Below are positions 13,835 through 26,622 of a DNA stretch of 64,000 nucleotides, one piece after another; positions within the stretch are counted from its first letter, which is position 1; every line of letters starts with the position of its first letter. Under the pieces are notes generated by a model that saw only the letters and a list, made by a program, of their open reading frames with translations, ran no database searches and had not been told where the DNA came from. A program made the translations under genes and the position numbers. The stretch is from Lytechinus pictus (lineage: Eukaryota). The DNA is taken from contig NC_087252.1 of assembly GCF_037042905.1 (NCBI RefSeq), forward strand, positions 26,166,001 through 26,230,000. The letters run 5' to 3'.

Positions 13835-14287
13835 GTAAAACAGCTTTAAAAACGGACATACTGAAGCTTTTTGACATGCACTCATCGGAGTAAAATTGGA
13901 TGAATGACTAGAATACTAGAGCAAGACAATGTATACTAGAACCGAAAGAGACGATGCACGCTAATTGGCTGTCAAGGTAAACGATCTAGGCTTAGTACCA
14001 GCCGTAAATTGACGAAGCAACTAAAATAATGCAAGGGTTCTTACGAACTCCTTCTGGTGGCACAGAATTGGGGTCTGTTAGCTGGATATACGCTGCCTCG
14101 AGCATGAGCAAGTGAGTGAAAGTTTGTTTACCTCGACAGCCAATCACAGCTCACCTTTAAGCGTCCATTGTCTCTTTCGGTTCTACTATATAATGTCTCG
14201 CTCTAGCGTTCTAGTCATTCATGCGATTTTACTCCGATGAGTGCATGTCGAAAAACTTCAGTATGTCCGTTTTTAAGGCTATTTTAC
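13835..14287. mobile_element. Long inverted-repeat (foldback/MITE-like) element with arms of about 130 bp
   Basis: aaaaacggacatactgaag...gacatgcactcatcggagtaaaat is mirrored by attttactccgatgagtgcatgtc...cttcagtatgtccgttttt. Confidence 0.8.
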
Positions 14288-14377
14288 GATTTTGCGGTAC
14301 CAAACACTTATTCATTTACTTGAAGAGTAGATGACATAAATTCTAATTATGCTAATAACTGGTGTGACCTTTTTTAC

Positions 14378-14479
14378 CTTCTATTTCACAGAATGCTCCA
14401 TCGTATCCCTGCTGACAGATACAGACTCCTCCAGCACACTGGCCACCATTGATGCACTCCGGAAGACACTCGGAGAGCG
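14378..14479 (-). CDS. Exon: EGF (LSECLPECINGGQCAGGVCICQQGYDGAFCEIE)
   Basis: 102 nt, cag|...|gtaaa, 6 Cys; absent from ORF track. Confidence 0.92.
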
Positions 14480-15410
14480 CTGCGGAAGAATAAGAAAGGG
14501 AGATGGATAAATTAGATCAGATGCTTAAATGAATTTGCTTCCAGACAGCTTTATTCTAAATCGTCACCAATGGATTGTGGATGCTAATTGTGATCTGAAA
14601 TATTTTAAGAGAGACATAGAATACAAAACAGGATCTCCATTGATGCATTTTGAAAGGCACTCAGAAGGCGCTGTGATCGAAGAACAAGAACAAGATGGAT
14701 ACAATAGATCAGATGTTTATGCTTAACTTTGAGACTCTATCAATACATTCTGGATGAAAGACATCAACGTAGGACTGTTATTGATATGATTGATACTGAT
14801 ACTGGAGAGACATAGAACACTGAACAACACTCCATTGATGCACTCAAGGGGCCCATCTTACAAAGAGTTGCGATTGATCCGATCAATCACAAATATGGAA
14901 ATCCAGCAACATCAACATCTACTATGCATGTTTGTTCAAAAACAATTATAGATACGAATGTATATATCCATAAATTCATTTATTTCTTGACAATTTGGTG
15001 TGTTCTCCTTTGTTTACAAAGGACATTTTGCAAATTTCCTGTATAAAAAATCATGACACTGATGGATTTCCATAGAGTTATGACTGATTGGATCAATCAT
15101 AACGCTTTGTAAGGCGGGGCCCAGAAGTTACTTAGAAAGAGCTGTAGAAGAACGAGAAGGAGATGCATAAAACTTATCAGATCATTGTGCTTTGCTTCGG
15201 AACAGAAGTATTATTAATATAATCTGGATGAAAGACATCATCAGAGGACTGTGGTTGATATGAATGGGACAGAAATTGCCATTCTTGGATTGCTTTGCTT
15301 AGAACATTATTGATATTGACATTAGAAAGGCATAGAACGCTGAAGAGTTCTCCTTCGATGCACTCTGGAAGATAGCACTGTGGATAAAAATGAGATGGAT
15401 AAAGTAATTC
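14445..15410. repeat. Degenerate tandem duplications (unit about 190 bp, 4 units) containing the EGF exon acceptor
   Basis: ccattgatgcac...agatg.ata anchors near 14445, 14636, 14831 (split by a MITE) and 15351. Confidence 0.75.
14848..15122. mobile_element. MITE, TIR gggccc..cttacaaagagtt.cgattgatc
   Basis: About 40-bp TIRs; sister copy at 22665-22939. Confidence 0.8.
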
Positions 15411-18400
15411 AGTTGCAGAGGACTAATCTTGTATTTAGTTTGGAAATACAACATGTAATGATATTGACAATTATCTATTCCAAAAGACATCCTCATAACA
15501 CTGGAAAAATAATAATGGACTGAAATTCTTCTTAACAGCTTTAGAAATAGATGCATTCCATAAAACATTCCAAATAGTGGTAGTGTGGAAAACAGTGAAG
15601 TAATACATTCCAAATCAAAATGTTTTTGTTTGTGCACATACATGATTGTGTATGGATATAAGACTCTTTAAGACAATTGAGTCACATAATTATTGCAAGT
15701 AGGTACTGAGTCACACAAATGTATATGAGCATTTCGTAGTAATGTGTGTATTACAATCTGTACTGTATTTTCTACTGTAATTATGTTCTTCATGACATTC
15801 TTATTGTATACTATCACATGAAATTTATCGAAAATACTATCAAGTTCAATATTTATCAAGTTTTTATCTTAATAGATGCATAGCGGTATACAACAGTCAA
15901 AATAAAAAACAAGAAAGCAAGCTTTACATAAAAAGGTAAGTACTAAAGGTAAGTACATTTCTTTTAATTTGAAGTACCGGTACATAGGCCTACTATTTTT
16001 CATTTGATCTTAAATTTGTATAACACATTAAAATGATAAGCAAGGAAATATGTCTTGACTTGAGGACAGCATTTGCATCCAAAGATGGTATATATCATGA
16101 ATACCAGCATCGAAACACTAACTCTCAACACCACTGGAAGGGTTTGACATGATCTTTTTTGTTTACAAGCTCACATACAAGAGGGGTTAAGTACCAAAGT
16201 CAAGGATGACGGGTGGTTTGTATATCTCAGGCACGCCCTCTCAAGATTATTGGATTTCATCCGATGATTTCCTTCATGTAAGATGTATCAGGGGAGGCTT
16301 TCACAAGGTGTCTTGTCTGTGATTTTTCACTGGTAAATTTGCTATCAGCCAATGGAAAGCAAGGATTTCAGTAGCTTATAACAGGTGTCAGAGGAAATTC
16401 AGTAGAAACAGACTTCATGAAATGCTCCTCAGGAAGATAAGATGACATGAACAGTCATGAGAGAAACTTGGCACTGGGTACAAGACGATGACCATGACAT
16501 CTTGAATTTTAAAAGAAGACAGCAAACTACATGCAGATGCAGAGTCCAAGTAAGAGCTAAATCATGAAAGTTAAAGAAATTGGGAAAGAGTCCCTGATGA
16601 CGTTTATGGAAGAAAGGCGGATTAAAACACTTGTTGAAAATTCTCCTCTTTCATTGTCCACCACCATCTGTACATGATCACGTGATCACATAGTGCATGG
16701 AAAATTATGAAAATAAAGAGGGTTTACATATTCTGTCTATATTTAGTACTACTTATTCTTTCTCACTACTTATAATAGGCATAACAATCAATGTAAAATG
16801 AGAGGGGACAATTTCCTTCATTGAAACATTGATTTGCTTTTACAATCTCTCATATTTGTTTAAAAGATATTGACTTTTATTGACATTTTGAAATCGATAA
16901 GGCAATTGTACTCTGTAATACTAAATAAATATGACCATATCCTTATATCTTATTGGTTATTTTCATGACTAGAGTCACGTGAAGGGGCTGAAGGTCAGGG
17001 CTGTCAATAGCAAACATCAAACGTTCATCTTTATCTCTATTTTCTTGACTGAAATCAGGAAATGCAACTAGAAACATGGGGTCCGTAGTGAAGGGCATAT
17101 CAAATAGAGAAGGAATGGCAGTAGGGAGAATGAAGGATAAATCATATCAGGGGGGGATTTTCATGGAAAGTTTTGTGAACAATTTTCACTGACTATTTTG
17201 CTCTCAGCCAATCAGATTCAATGGTTTGCAGTAGCTTATAACATCTGTCAGTGAAAACCACTGACTACATCTATCGTGAAAGGCTCCCCAGGCTTAGTTT
17301 GGACAGAAATACAAGTTGAATTCATTTCCACATTTATTGACTGCTTCATCATGGCCCAAAACAATATGAAATGTATTTGAATAACAATTTAATTACAGAA
17401 AATAGGCAAACGATACAAAGACAAAATAGAATTAGGTAAGACATCAGAAGGAATCACACATGTAGGTTGTAAAATAAACCTGGATATGAGAAGAATGAGA
17501 AGTTTATAGGCTAAACCAAAAGAGTAAGATTTTAAAAAGACGCAAACTAAGAAAGAGTTTGAAAATAAAAAAAAACAATTTTTAAAGAAACAGGTTTGCT
17601 TAAGGGACTTTATATCCCCAAAAGTAAACTCATTAGTAATATAAAAGGCTTTTTGTTCAGTTATCTTTCAAAGCTGCATCTATAGAATCTGGAGAACTCC
17701 AAATGAAACCACAAATTTGAAAGTGAAAACATCATTCCAAGATAAAGAACTCATTGCCTAGTAAGTAATTTAATCAGTGACAGGTCAAAACCTTTTAAGA
17801 TCATTTAAGTTTTTAGACATTTCATAATGTGGTGAAAATTTAAAGCCATGAATATCTTGCTACCCCATTAAAAACTGAATTTGTACAGGGAAAATAAGGT
17901 TGTAGTAGGCAATATGTTATTTTTTTTATTATTTGCTACCCCATTAAAAACTGAATTTGTACAGGGTGCAACTAATTACACGTCACACTTCCAGACACAA
18001 GGGTGTCATGCAAAAACAAAATTAAGAGTGTAGAAAATATATCAGTAATGTCTAATCAATGTCTAATTAGCCATTCCCATCAGCGACACGCTTTAATCCA
18101 GAATGGATTAAGTGGTTTTTAACTCCTCCTGAGCAGGCTTATCTCTTCCAACATGCACTCTATTTGACAGTTTACATTTCCACACAGTTAAAAGTGCAAC
18201 TCCTCCTTAAAGGGGACAAAATATAAAATATTGCTTTCAATTGACAAATAAATCAATTAACTGATTTTTTTTTCTAGTTATTGTGCAACTACTGGTTAAC
18301 TTATCTTAGGTACAATAGAGTTGATTGTTTTGGGTGTGAAGGGTATTTGTTCTAAGACTATCAGTGTCGACCATTCATTTTCTTTTATCAGTACTACAGT

Positions 18401-18929
18401 ACAGAGGCAACATAACATTAATACTTTCCTACAGGGGAAAAAACTTTTCAATAGTGTGTTAGGTTGACGGTGAAAAAAATTCTCTACATGTATATTTGAA
18501 TAATTGGATAACTACTGGTTAAACCTATATTAGATTTAAATGTTATTTTATTTGTGGTTGTGGTGGGGGTGGTACTTATACCTATGTCATCCATACATTA
18601 TGGAGAGAGGGATGGAAATATCAAGTCTGAAAAAAGTTTTAAGCCTATAAAAAGAGCCAAAGAATTTCTGAAATAGAAAGCATGAAGTAAGATTGGAGTA
18701 ATATTTCCATTTGTGATATATGGAATAAGCTTTGTGTACAGCCAAGATGGCATAGAGCAAAGAATTTTACAATTTAAAAGATAAAATTAGGTTGAGAGCT
18801 GAACTTAGATTAGGCATTGACACTTTGTCTCCCTCCTCACATGCCTTTTACTAAAGATGACTTCCAAACTGTTTCGGGTCAATGTGCAATATCACTGTAA
18901 TCAGGAGTGATTGTTTTATTCAATATCCT

Positions 18930-19710
18930 CAACTCCCGAGCCAGAAATTTGGTATTTGTTCATTCCTGTAAAAACAGGGGAAATATACCACCATTGATAT
19001 GATTAGTAGTGATAGCTGATGAAATGCTGTTTGTGAAAGGGTGATACACTTTCCTCACGCTCCATAGATAGCCAGTGTTGGTCTTCATTTGTTTCTGAAA
19101 ATGCGCCTAAATTGATGACATTAGATAGGATTTTTAATAGAACAACACTAGAGTAGGAAAATAAATTTTGTTGACTATCTTATGCTAGCCAAAAATTTTG
19201 GTATGTATCCCTTCTGTAAAGACTGAGGAAATGTGCCTCCATTGGTGAAATTTGATGCGATAGTTGAACAGAAAGCACTCGGTGCTGGAGGATAATAGTT
19301 TCCTTATTCTCATTAAATGCAAGCCAGAAATTTTGGGTCAATTCATTCATGTAAGAAACAGAGAAGATATGTCGCCACTGATGAATTTAGCAGTGATAGT
19401 TGATAGAACAACACTAGGTGTGGAAGGAAAGCAAAGTTTCCTTGCTCTTCTAAGCTTTCCACATATTTGTTTTTGATCTGTTCCTGTAAAAACAGGGGAA
19501 TGCCACCATTGATAAAATCAGCAACGATAGTTGACAAAACAACATTGGGTGTAGGAGGATAATAAAGTTTCCTTACTCTCCTTATACTAGCCAGAAATTT
19601 GTGGTAAATTCTTTCCTATAAAAAAACAAGCACAAATATGTCATGATTAAATTGGTAGTGATAGTTGATGACACAACACTGGGTGTGGGAGGATATAATA
19701 AAGTTTCCTC
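18930..19710. repeat. Highly degenerate tandem repeat, unit about 120-135 bp, about 6 copies
   Basis: Recurrent ccattgat...gatagttga..aacaacact.g...gccagaaattt anchors. Confidence 0.75.
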
Positions 19711-21952
19711 TGGAGATCAAGTCCAAATTCTTCCCTTCAATCTACACTGTAGGTCAACTTTGCTAATTTTGTGCTGTATCATATTTCTTGGACAAATATA
19801 TTTAAACCTGTTTTTGCGACCACTTTTACTCCTTATCACACCATTTAATTATATTTTTCTTCCTCTTCTTCCTTCATCCTTTTTTTTATTCCTTTTTATA
19901 TCAGATTGCTTTGGAAACTTGCTTCCATGTTCCTGCCATTTTCATTCATCCTTTCCATGTAGTTATGCACTCAAAAACTGTCGCTGCAACTCTGACAGCT
20001 ACTACTTCATTACCTAGTCATAACCAACATAGATTATCAAATTTGTAGCATGCTGTTGTGTCTGGAGCTTTCACTGTCTTGTCGTTTAACACAGTTTCTC
20101 AGAGAATCTGTTGCATCCATTAAAAAAAGGTTGAAGACAGTCTTGTAATCAAATCAATCAAATGTTTGTAACCACCCCCCCCCTGAAAAAAATAAACTTG
20201 GTAGCCATGTAAATGTACTTCTTCATAACCCTGGATCTAAATTAACCATGGTTCAACTAAACAAGATTGGATCAATTGCAAGGTACAAGCACTTTTGGCC
20301 CACAAAGATATAAACCATCTGTGAAAAGAGACCTACATGCACATAATAAAAAGAAAAAAGAAAGAGAGAACCTTGTGATCATGCAATCCAGAATGGTATC
20401 TTCATTCACTTAAAAGAGCTCTCACCCCTGAACAACTCAGCCAGTGTATGTCAATTATATGGCAAGCCATTTCATATATCAAGAATTCAACTCTTCATGT
20501 CAGGAAATGGAATTCTTGATATCCATCATTTTTTTGTAGGTACTGATAAATAATTTTGAGTTATTAAAAATATATCGAGAAATAGGATACAATAATTTTT
20601 AAAACAGTTTGAAATACAAATGTAAGCAAACACTGGCTAATGACAAAAAGTTTATTGGAATAAAATGAGAAAAAGCCAAAAAGTACAAGCCAACACTGTA
20701 AATTCATCAAAATGTAAAATAAGAAAGTTATGACATTTAAAAGTTTCACTGAATTAAAAAAAAAGTTATATGCTCATCATGGTCAGTATCCAAATGTGGG
20801 GACTGGTGCCGTCACCCACTCACTATTTCTTTAGTATTGAATTATGTAAAATGTGAAACAAAGATGTATTCCTCTCTGAACATGTAGAATTGCCAATGTT
20901 TTAAGATGTTGTGGTTAAGTCAAGACCATTATTGCCCTTCTGACCTCATACATGTATTTCTTTTAAATGCAATTTATTTTAAATCCCAACGATAGATATC
21001 CCATCTGATGCCATGAGCACTTTGCACTCATACAGTCTACACAATGACTTGAGCGATAGCTTTATTATTGCCCTGACCAATTAATATTTCTACACTCTTC
21101 CATGTCTACATGTGGTTACAGAAAGGATACAAAAACTATACCCCAGAGGAGGTAACATGTAATAGACAGTAATTAATAAGGTTTCAATTTCCACATCCTG
21201 AAGAAATTATTGCTTCTAGATAGCCCTTATACAAGGTGACAGAGAGTTCTTACTTCTTTCTCGCATGCTATGACTCAACAACTTCTTTTTTTATAGATGC
21301 ATCGCTAAATCACTTAAAAGGTAGCACAGATACAGCAGGATTAGACACAATGCAATTTAAGGGGCCATAATGATTTTGCACAATCGTCGGCCTCTCAAAA
21401 TTATCTTGTCTAATGCAGCTGGATCCGAGCCTGCTTAAAAGTGCATGTATTTAGTATTGTATCCTTTTGGAGACTGCCTCATTTTAGGTTGATATTTCTA
21501 TTATCTATCAATTTGTAAATGGTGTTTGTTAGTTGATTATTAGAGGACTAACCATCTAAGTTTGCATTCATTCATCAATTACTTATCTATCGATAAATTT
21601 ATTCATTCATTCAATCATTCATTTAATCATTCCTTCATTTATTTATTGCACTATAGACAAGTCAACCAGCAAGACAGGCTGGAAAAATAACAGCGGTTAA
21701 AACCCACTTAATCCATTCTGGATTAAAGCATGTCGCTGATGGGGACGGCTAATTAGACGTTGATTAGACATTACTGATATATTTTTCTACACTCTCATAA
21801 TTTTGTTTTTGCATGACACTCTTTCATGAAGTATAAATAATGAACAATATAATTGCATACCAAGCCTTAAAATCAGCAACAAAGCAACAATTGCAACAAA
21901 CATCAGAAAGATATTTAACGGTATGGTGGTATGCTGAGACATGACTTTTTAA

Positions 21953-22534
21953 AGGGATGGTCCAGGCTGGAAGTATTTATAGCTAAATAAATAGAGTAGA
22001 ATTCACTGAGCAAAATGCCAAAAAGTTCATCAAAATTGGATAACAAATAACAAAGTTATTGAATTTTAAAGTTTAGCAATATTTTGTGAAAACAGTTGTT
22101 ATGAATATTCATTAGGTGGGCTGATGATGTCACATCCCCACTTGTTCTTTTGTATTTTATTATATGAAATTAGGTTTATTCAAATTTTTTCCTCCAAGAA
22201 CTAGAAAAATTGGATTGACAACTGATTTAGTGCATTAGATATTTATTGCTGCAACTTATTTCATTATAAGGGAGACGTATTATTCACAATAGTATGAAAT
22301 AATGAAAAAATTATGATTTTATGTAATAACAAAAGAAAACGGAAAGTGGGGATGTGACATCATCAGCCCACCTAATAAATATTCATGACGACTGTTTTCA
22401 CAAAATATTGCTAAACTTTAAACTTCAATAACTTTATTATTTGTAGTCCGATCTTGATGAAATTTTCAGCATTTTGCTCAGTGAATTCTACTCTATGTAC
22501 CAAGATATAAATATTTCCAGCCCAGACCATCCCT
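21953..22534. mobile_element. TTAA-target element with long (more than 200 bp) TIRs
   Basis: ttaa|agggatggtc...gaccatccct|ttaa; arms include ggtgggctgatgatgtcacatccccactt and its reverse complement. Confidence 0.88.
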
Positions 22535-22664
22535 TTAAAATCTTTAATGCATTGACATATGAAGGGCAGCTTGGTACACCGTAATCAGGTGATTCTTGCC
22601 TGACATAAGGATTTCTAAATACGATTACCAGCTCTGCAAAGCTGGTATATTGATTTCTAATCCT

Positions 22665-22939
22665 GGACCCCGTCACACAAAGAGTTACGATTGATCCAAT
22701 CAACCACAACTATGGAAAGCCTGCAATGTCAAGATCTAAAATACATGTTCGTATAAAACGTTTTCTAGCTATGATGTATATTCATAGAGTCAGTGTTTTC
22801 CTGACAATTCAGTACAATGCTTCTCCTTGTTTTCAATGGACATTGTACAAATTTCCTGAGGAAAAAATTATGACATTGATGGATTTCCATATACTTGACA
22901 TTGATCGGATCAATCATATCTCTTTGTAAGACGGGGACC
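22665..22939. mobile_element. MITE, same family as 14848-15122
   Basis: Matching TIRs and internal sequence. Confidence 0.8.
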
Positions 22940-23378
22940 TAGTCATACATGTTGTTACTTACAGTCACTTTGCCATGCAATGACAACTTCCATTGAATCT
23001 TTGATTTTGATTGACTGTTAGGCATTGTTTCCGAGGTAGTTACCAATATTGAAAGGCGTATTAACTAAAATAGTGACATTCATGCAACCAAAGAAAGTGA
23101 TGGTAAGTTTCATCTCCAACCAAAGTTGTCAATTCACCGATTTGCTGTAATCTACATCTGAAATAATCATCTACTTTTATGAATGATGTATATTTCTTTT
23201 TTTACTTTTAAGAATACTTTGATTTGATGTTTCAATAAAATAACATAAACCCTGTTGTGTAATGTCTCATTATTAAATTGTGGAGTATGAAATTGGAGCA
23301 AGAAATGTGTCGAAAGTGAAGACTTATAGATTATAGCAAAATTTTTGACAAAACTGTTTACATCTTCATAATAATAGT

Positions 23379-23658
23379 GGAGCGTTGTGGCCCAGTGGAT
23401 TAGTCTTCGGACTTTGAAACAGAGGGTCGTGGGTTCGAATCCCAGCCATGGCGTAATTTCCTTCAGCAAGAAACTGATCCACAGTGTGCTGCACTCAACC
23501 CAGGTGAGGTAAATGGGTACCGGTAGGAAGTAATTCCTTAAAAAGCTGTGTGCGCTATGAACGCCTAGCTTAGCCGGGTAATATAGGAGCGCCTTGAGCA
23601 CCTAACAAGGTGGATATGTGCGCAATATAAATACCCTATATTATTATTTATTATTATT
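23379..23658 (+). mobile_element. tRNA-derived SINE, near full length
   Basis: Pol III A-box (tggcccagtgg), B-box (ggttcgaatccc), central core, (TTA)n tail. Confidence 0.88.
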
Positions 23659-26383
23659 AAACTTAATTTATAATCTCATGATTACACATAGTAAAGACAG
23701 ACAGTTGTCACACGAGAAATTGATATCCCTTTCAATACAGTTATCGATGTCTTGATTAACCTACTTCAGGGTACAAAAGTCCATTCAATAAATCTGTAAA
23801 AGATGTTTAATGCCCAAGGGATGGCGGCAGAGACCAAATCTGTCTCAAGAAGTTAGAATCCAAATGAACTTGACAACCCACAATTGAAATTCATCATCAG
23901 AGCAATAATTTCAGGAAGATTAGTCAGACAAGGAGGATATTTCTTTCTGAGTAATTCTGTATCTGTTTGTGAATTTGATCAGGATTTGGAAATAAGATGG
24001 GGTGAATCATACTTCATTGGTTTTAACAAGGAGCAATTGTCGGGAAATCTAGAAACAACATTATGTGGACTGTATTTCATTTAACATGGCATCTCTCTGA
24101 TTCAAAACAGATTATGCTTGAATTCTAATCCTTATTCACAACCAGGAACAATAACAAATTTTTCCATCAACTAAAATTATTTTCTAACTAATCTTACAAT
24201 AGGGGCACTTTCATGGTAAAGTGAAGTTCCCTCTTGTTTCCTAACATGAATATACAAGCATCAAATATATACACTGTTTGGACACCTGGTAAACATGGGA
24301 AATGTATTAAGTGAATGTATTTAAAGTAAAAGAAGAGATGTTTTGGGAGTGGTTTAGTTAAAGAAGAGAGGGGAAGATAGGAAAGATAGAATACTGTAGA
24401 AGTACAAAGGAAAATGTGATGAAAATATGAAGACAAGATATAAGAGAAGCCAGGGTAAATGGAGAGGAAAAATTAAGGGTAAAGGTTTAATTGGGGTATA
24501 TACTAAATTATAATATTATACATGTACACATCAAATTTGTTGAATCTATCAGTATCATTTCTCTTTTTATTTGCAATACTGCATGCACAGTGTTAAATTG
24601 ATGTATTTCCCAATGCTTTCTTTCTAAATTTCAATCCATGAACATTCATACCCTTAAAATCATGCTGCATAATTTGAAAATTCTTGGTCATTAAAAAAAA
24701 AAAAAAAATATATATATTTTTTCTGGGGGGAGTAATTATCCAAAACTCAAAATAGTAGACTCAGGCCACACCTTTTTCCTGATTCTTGAGGGTTCCAATT
24801 GTGGATATATATATATACATAAATAAAATATAACTTGGGGGCACTTTACACCTTATAAATGGGTGAAAAAGAGCAAGAGGAATATAGAAAGTATTCCGTT
24901 CAAGACTTATATAGAAAAGGGGTATTTTATCTACATCTAGGGTCAAAACAAAGAAGGAATTTGAGAAGAAAAAAAGGAGAGTTGGAATGAAGTAAATCAG
25001 AAAGCGAAAATAACAAAAGGAAAAACAATGGGGAATAAAATTGTTAATAAATGAAAATGTATGAGGAGGAAGTGGGATAACCAGACAATTGATGTGGAAG
25101 AGAGGAAAAAGAAAATGAGAGATAGAGAAAGACGGAATGAAAGACAAAGTAGTTTGGACCATTCTTCTAATGAATTTATCCCCTCCTCCCCCTGTAATGG
25201 GTGTGAACACTATAGCCCTTTACACCTTAATCAAGATAAGAAAACAGTTATTTGAATCCAGTCTTTACTCAATATTTTTGGATATGTCAGGCAGTAATTC
25301 AAGTTTGATAATCTAATTTCGAAGATGAAAATGATAGAATTCACTTTAAAGTTAGGTCTATTCCAGGAGAAGCCAAGTGTAGCAGAAAGAAAAAAAATCC
25401 CAACTGTTATGTAATGAGCTAGTGAAGGATGGATTAGGCATATCTGTTCCTTGTTAAATTTACACATATATTTTCTTTTATGCCTGGCTTGAAAATGGAA
25501 GCCAAAAGTCAATTCCCTTCCAATTTCTTACATTAAATAACATAGCAGCAAAATTACAGATATAAATATATTTTGAAGTTATTTTGCATTCAAAGTCCAT
25601 ACCAAATCTTGCACAATTTTCTGGAAAGCACCTCTCAAAGAAACACTTGTAAAGGGTATGTGGACATTATCAATAGTATACAAAATAGGGGGAAAATAAC
25701 AAAATATAAACCAAAAATATTTTAACTGATTTTAATAGAAAATTGGTCACTGGTTTTCACATTGAAGAGAGAACTGTTTGCTTTCGTTTTCAATCAAAGC
25801 CCATTAACTTTCATCTAAAGTAGAAGTCAGGGGGGTCATACTGAGGTGAATCTAATATGCATGACATGTTTAAATTGAACGTATTTCTTTTGTTTCCTTT
25901 TTCAAATCACATTAACTTTCATCAAAAGTTGAAGTCAGGGGGTCATACTTAGGTGAATCTAATATGCATGACATGTTTAAATTGAACTTCAATCTTTCCC
26001 AAGAGAAAAGCTCACCCCATCACTAGTTTCTGGTTAATTTAACAATTTCTTAAAGAGGAAGACCAAAGCTTCCTCTAAAACAACTCCCTAAATTACTACC
26101 ATGTGCACCATTAAATGCAATACAAGTACAAGAAATAATTGTGCATTTCTGTAATACAGCCTAGATATGAAATGTAAATTGGTACAATCATACATGTCTA
26201 CAAGAAAAGCAGTCTTAACTCTCTGCCTGCCACAGAAAAAACCCTCATTTGCCACTTTAATTTTGGGGTGCATCCTTAACAGGGTTTTGCATGGACTATG
26301 CTTATTCAACTCACAATAACTTTTGATTGATTTAATCATAAAGAAAAGCTTTGTTCTGTTCTGTTTTGTTTTGTTTGTGGTAA

Positions 26384-26622
26384 CTCCCGCAGGAACTCGG
26401 CAGGACAGCATTTTTTGCTGGTAAACGCCAAGCTGGTATATAACCAATTACCTTGGAAACATTTTACGTCTAGGTTAATCAGTCATAGTGGCCGACGTAA
26501 TAGACGACAGATATCACTCTTGGGCCTTTTTATCAAAGTGGAGACAATGGCAGAGTTGGGATTTGAACTCACAACCTTGCGATTATGAGTCCAATGCTCT
26601 AACCACTGGACCACACAACCCC
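26384..26622 (-). mobile_element. tRNA-derived SINE (second family)
   Basis: Minus-strand head tggtccagtggttagagc...gagttcaaatccc; 3' end approximate. Confidence 0.75.

Noticed and set aside
23379..23452. tRNA-like sequence
   Set aside because: Continues into a SINE body and tail with degenerate copies elsewhere; not a tRNA gene (same for the heads near 26550-26622 and 29675-29746)
22963..24285. Further AG/GT-bounded candidates at 22963-23157 and 24198-24285
   Set aside because: In-frame stops or non-3n length and no domain motif; such sites are common in AT-rich introns
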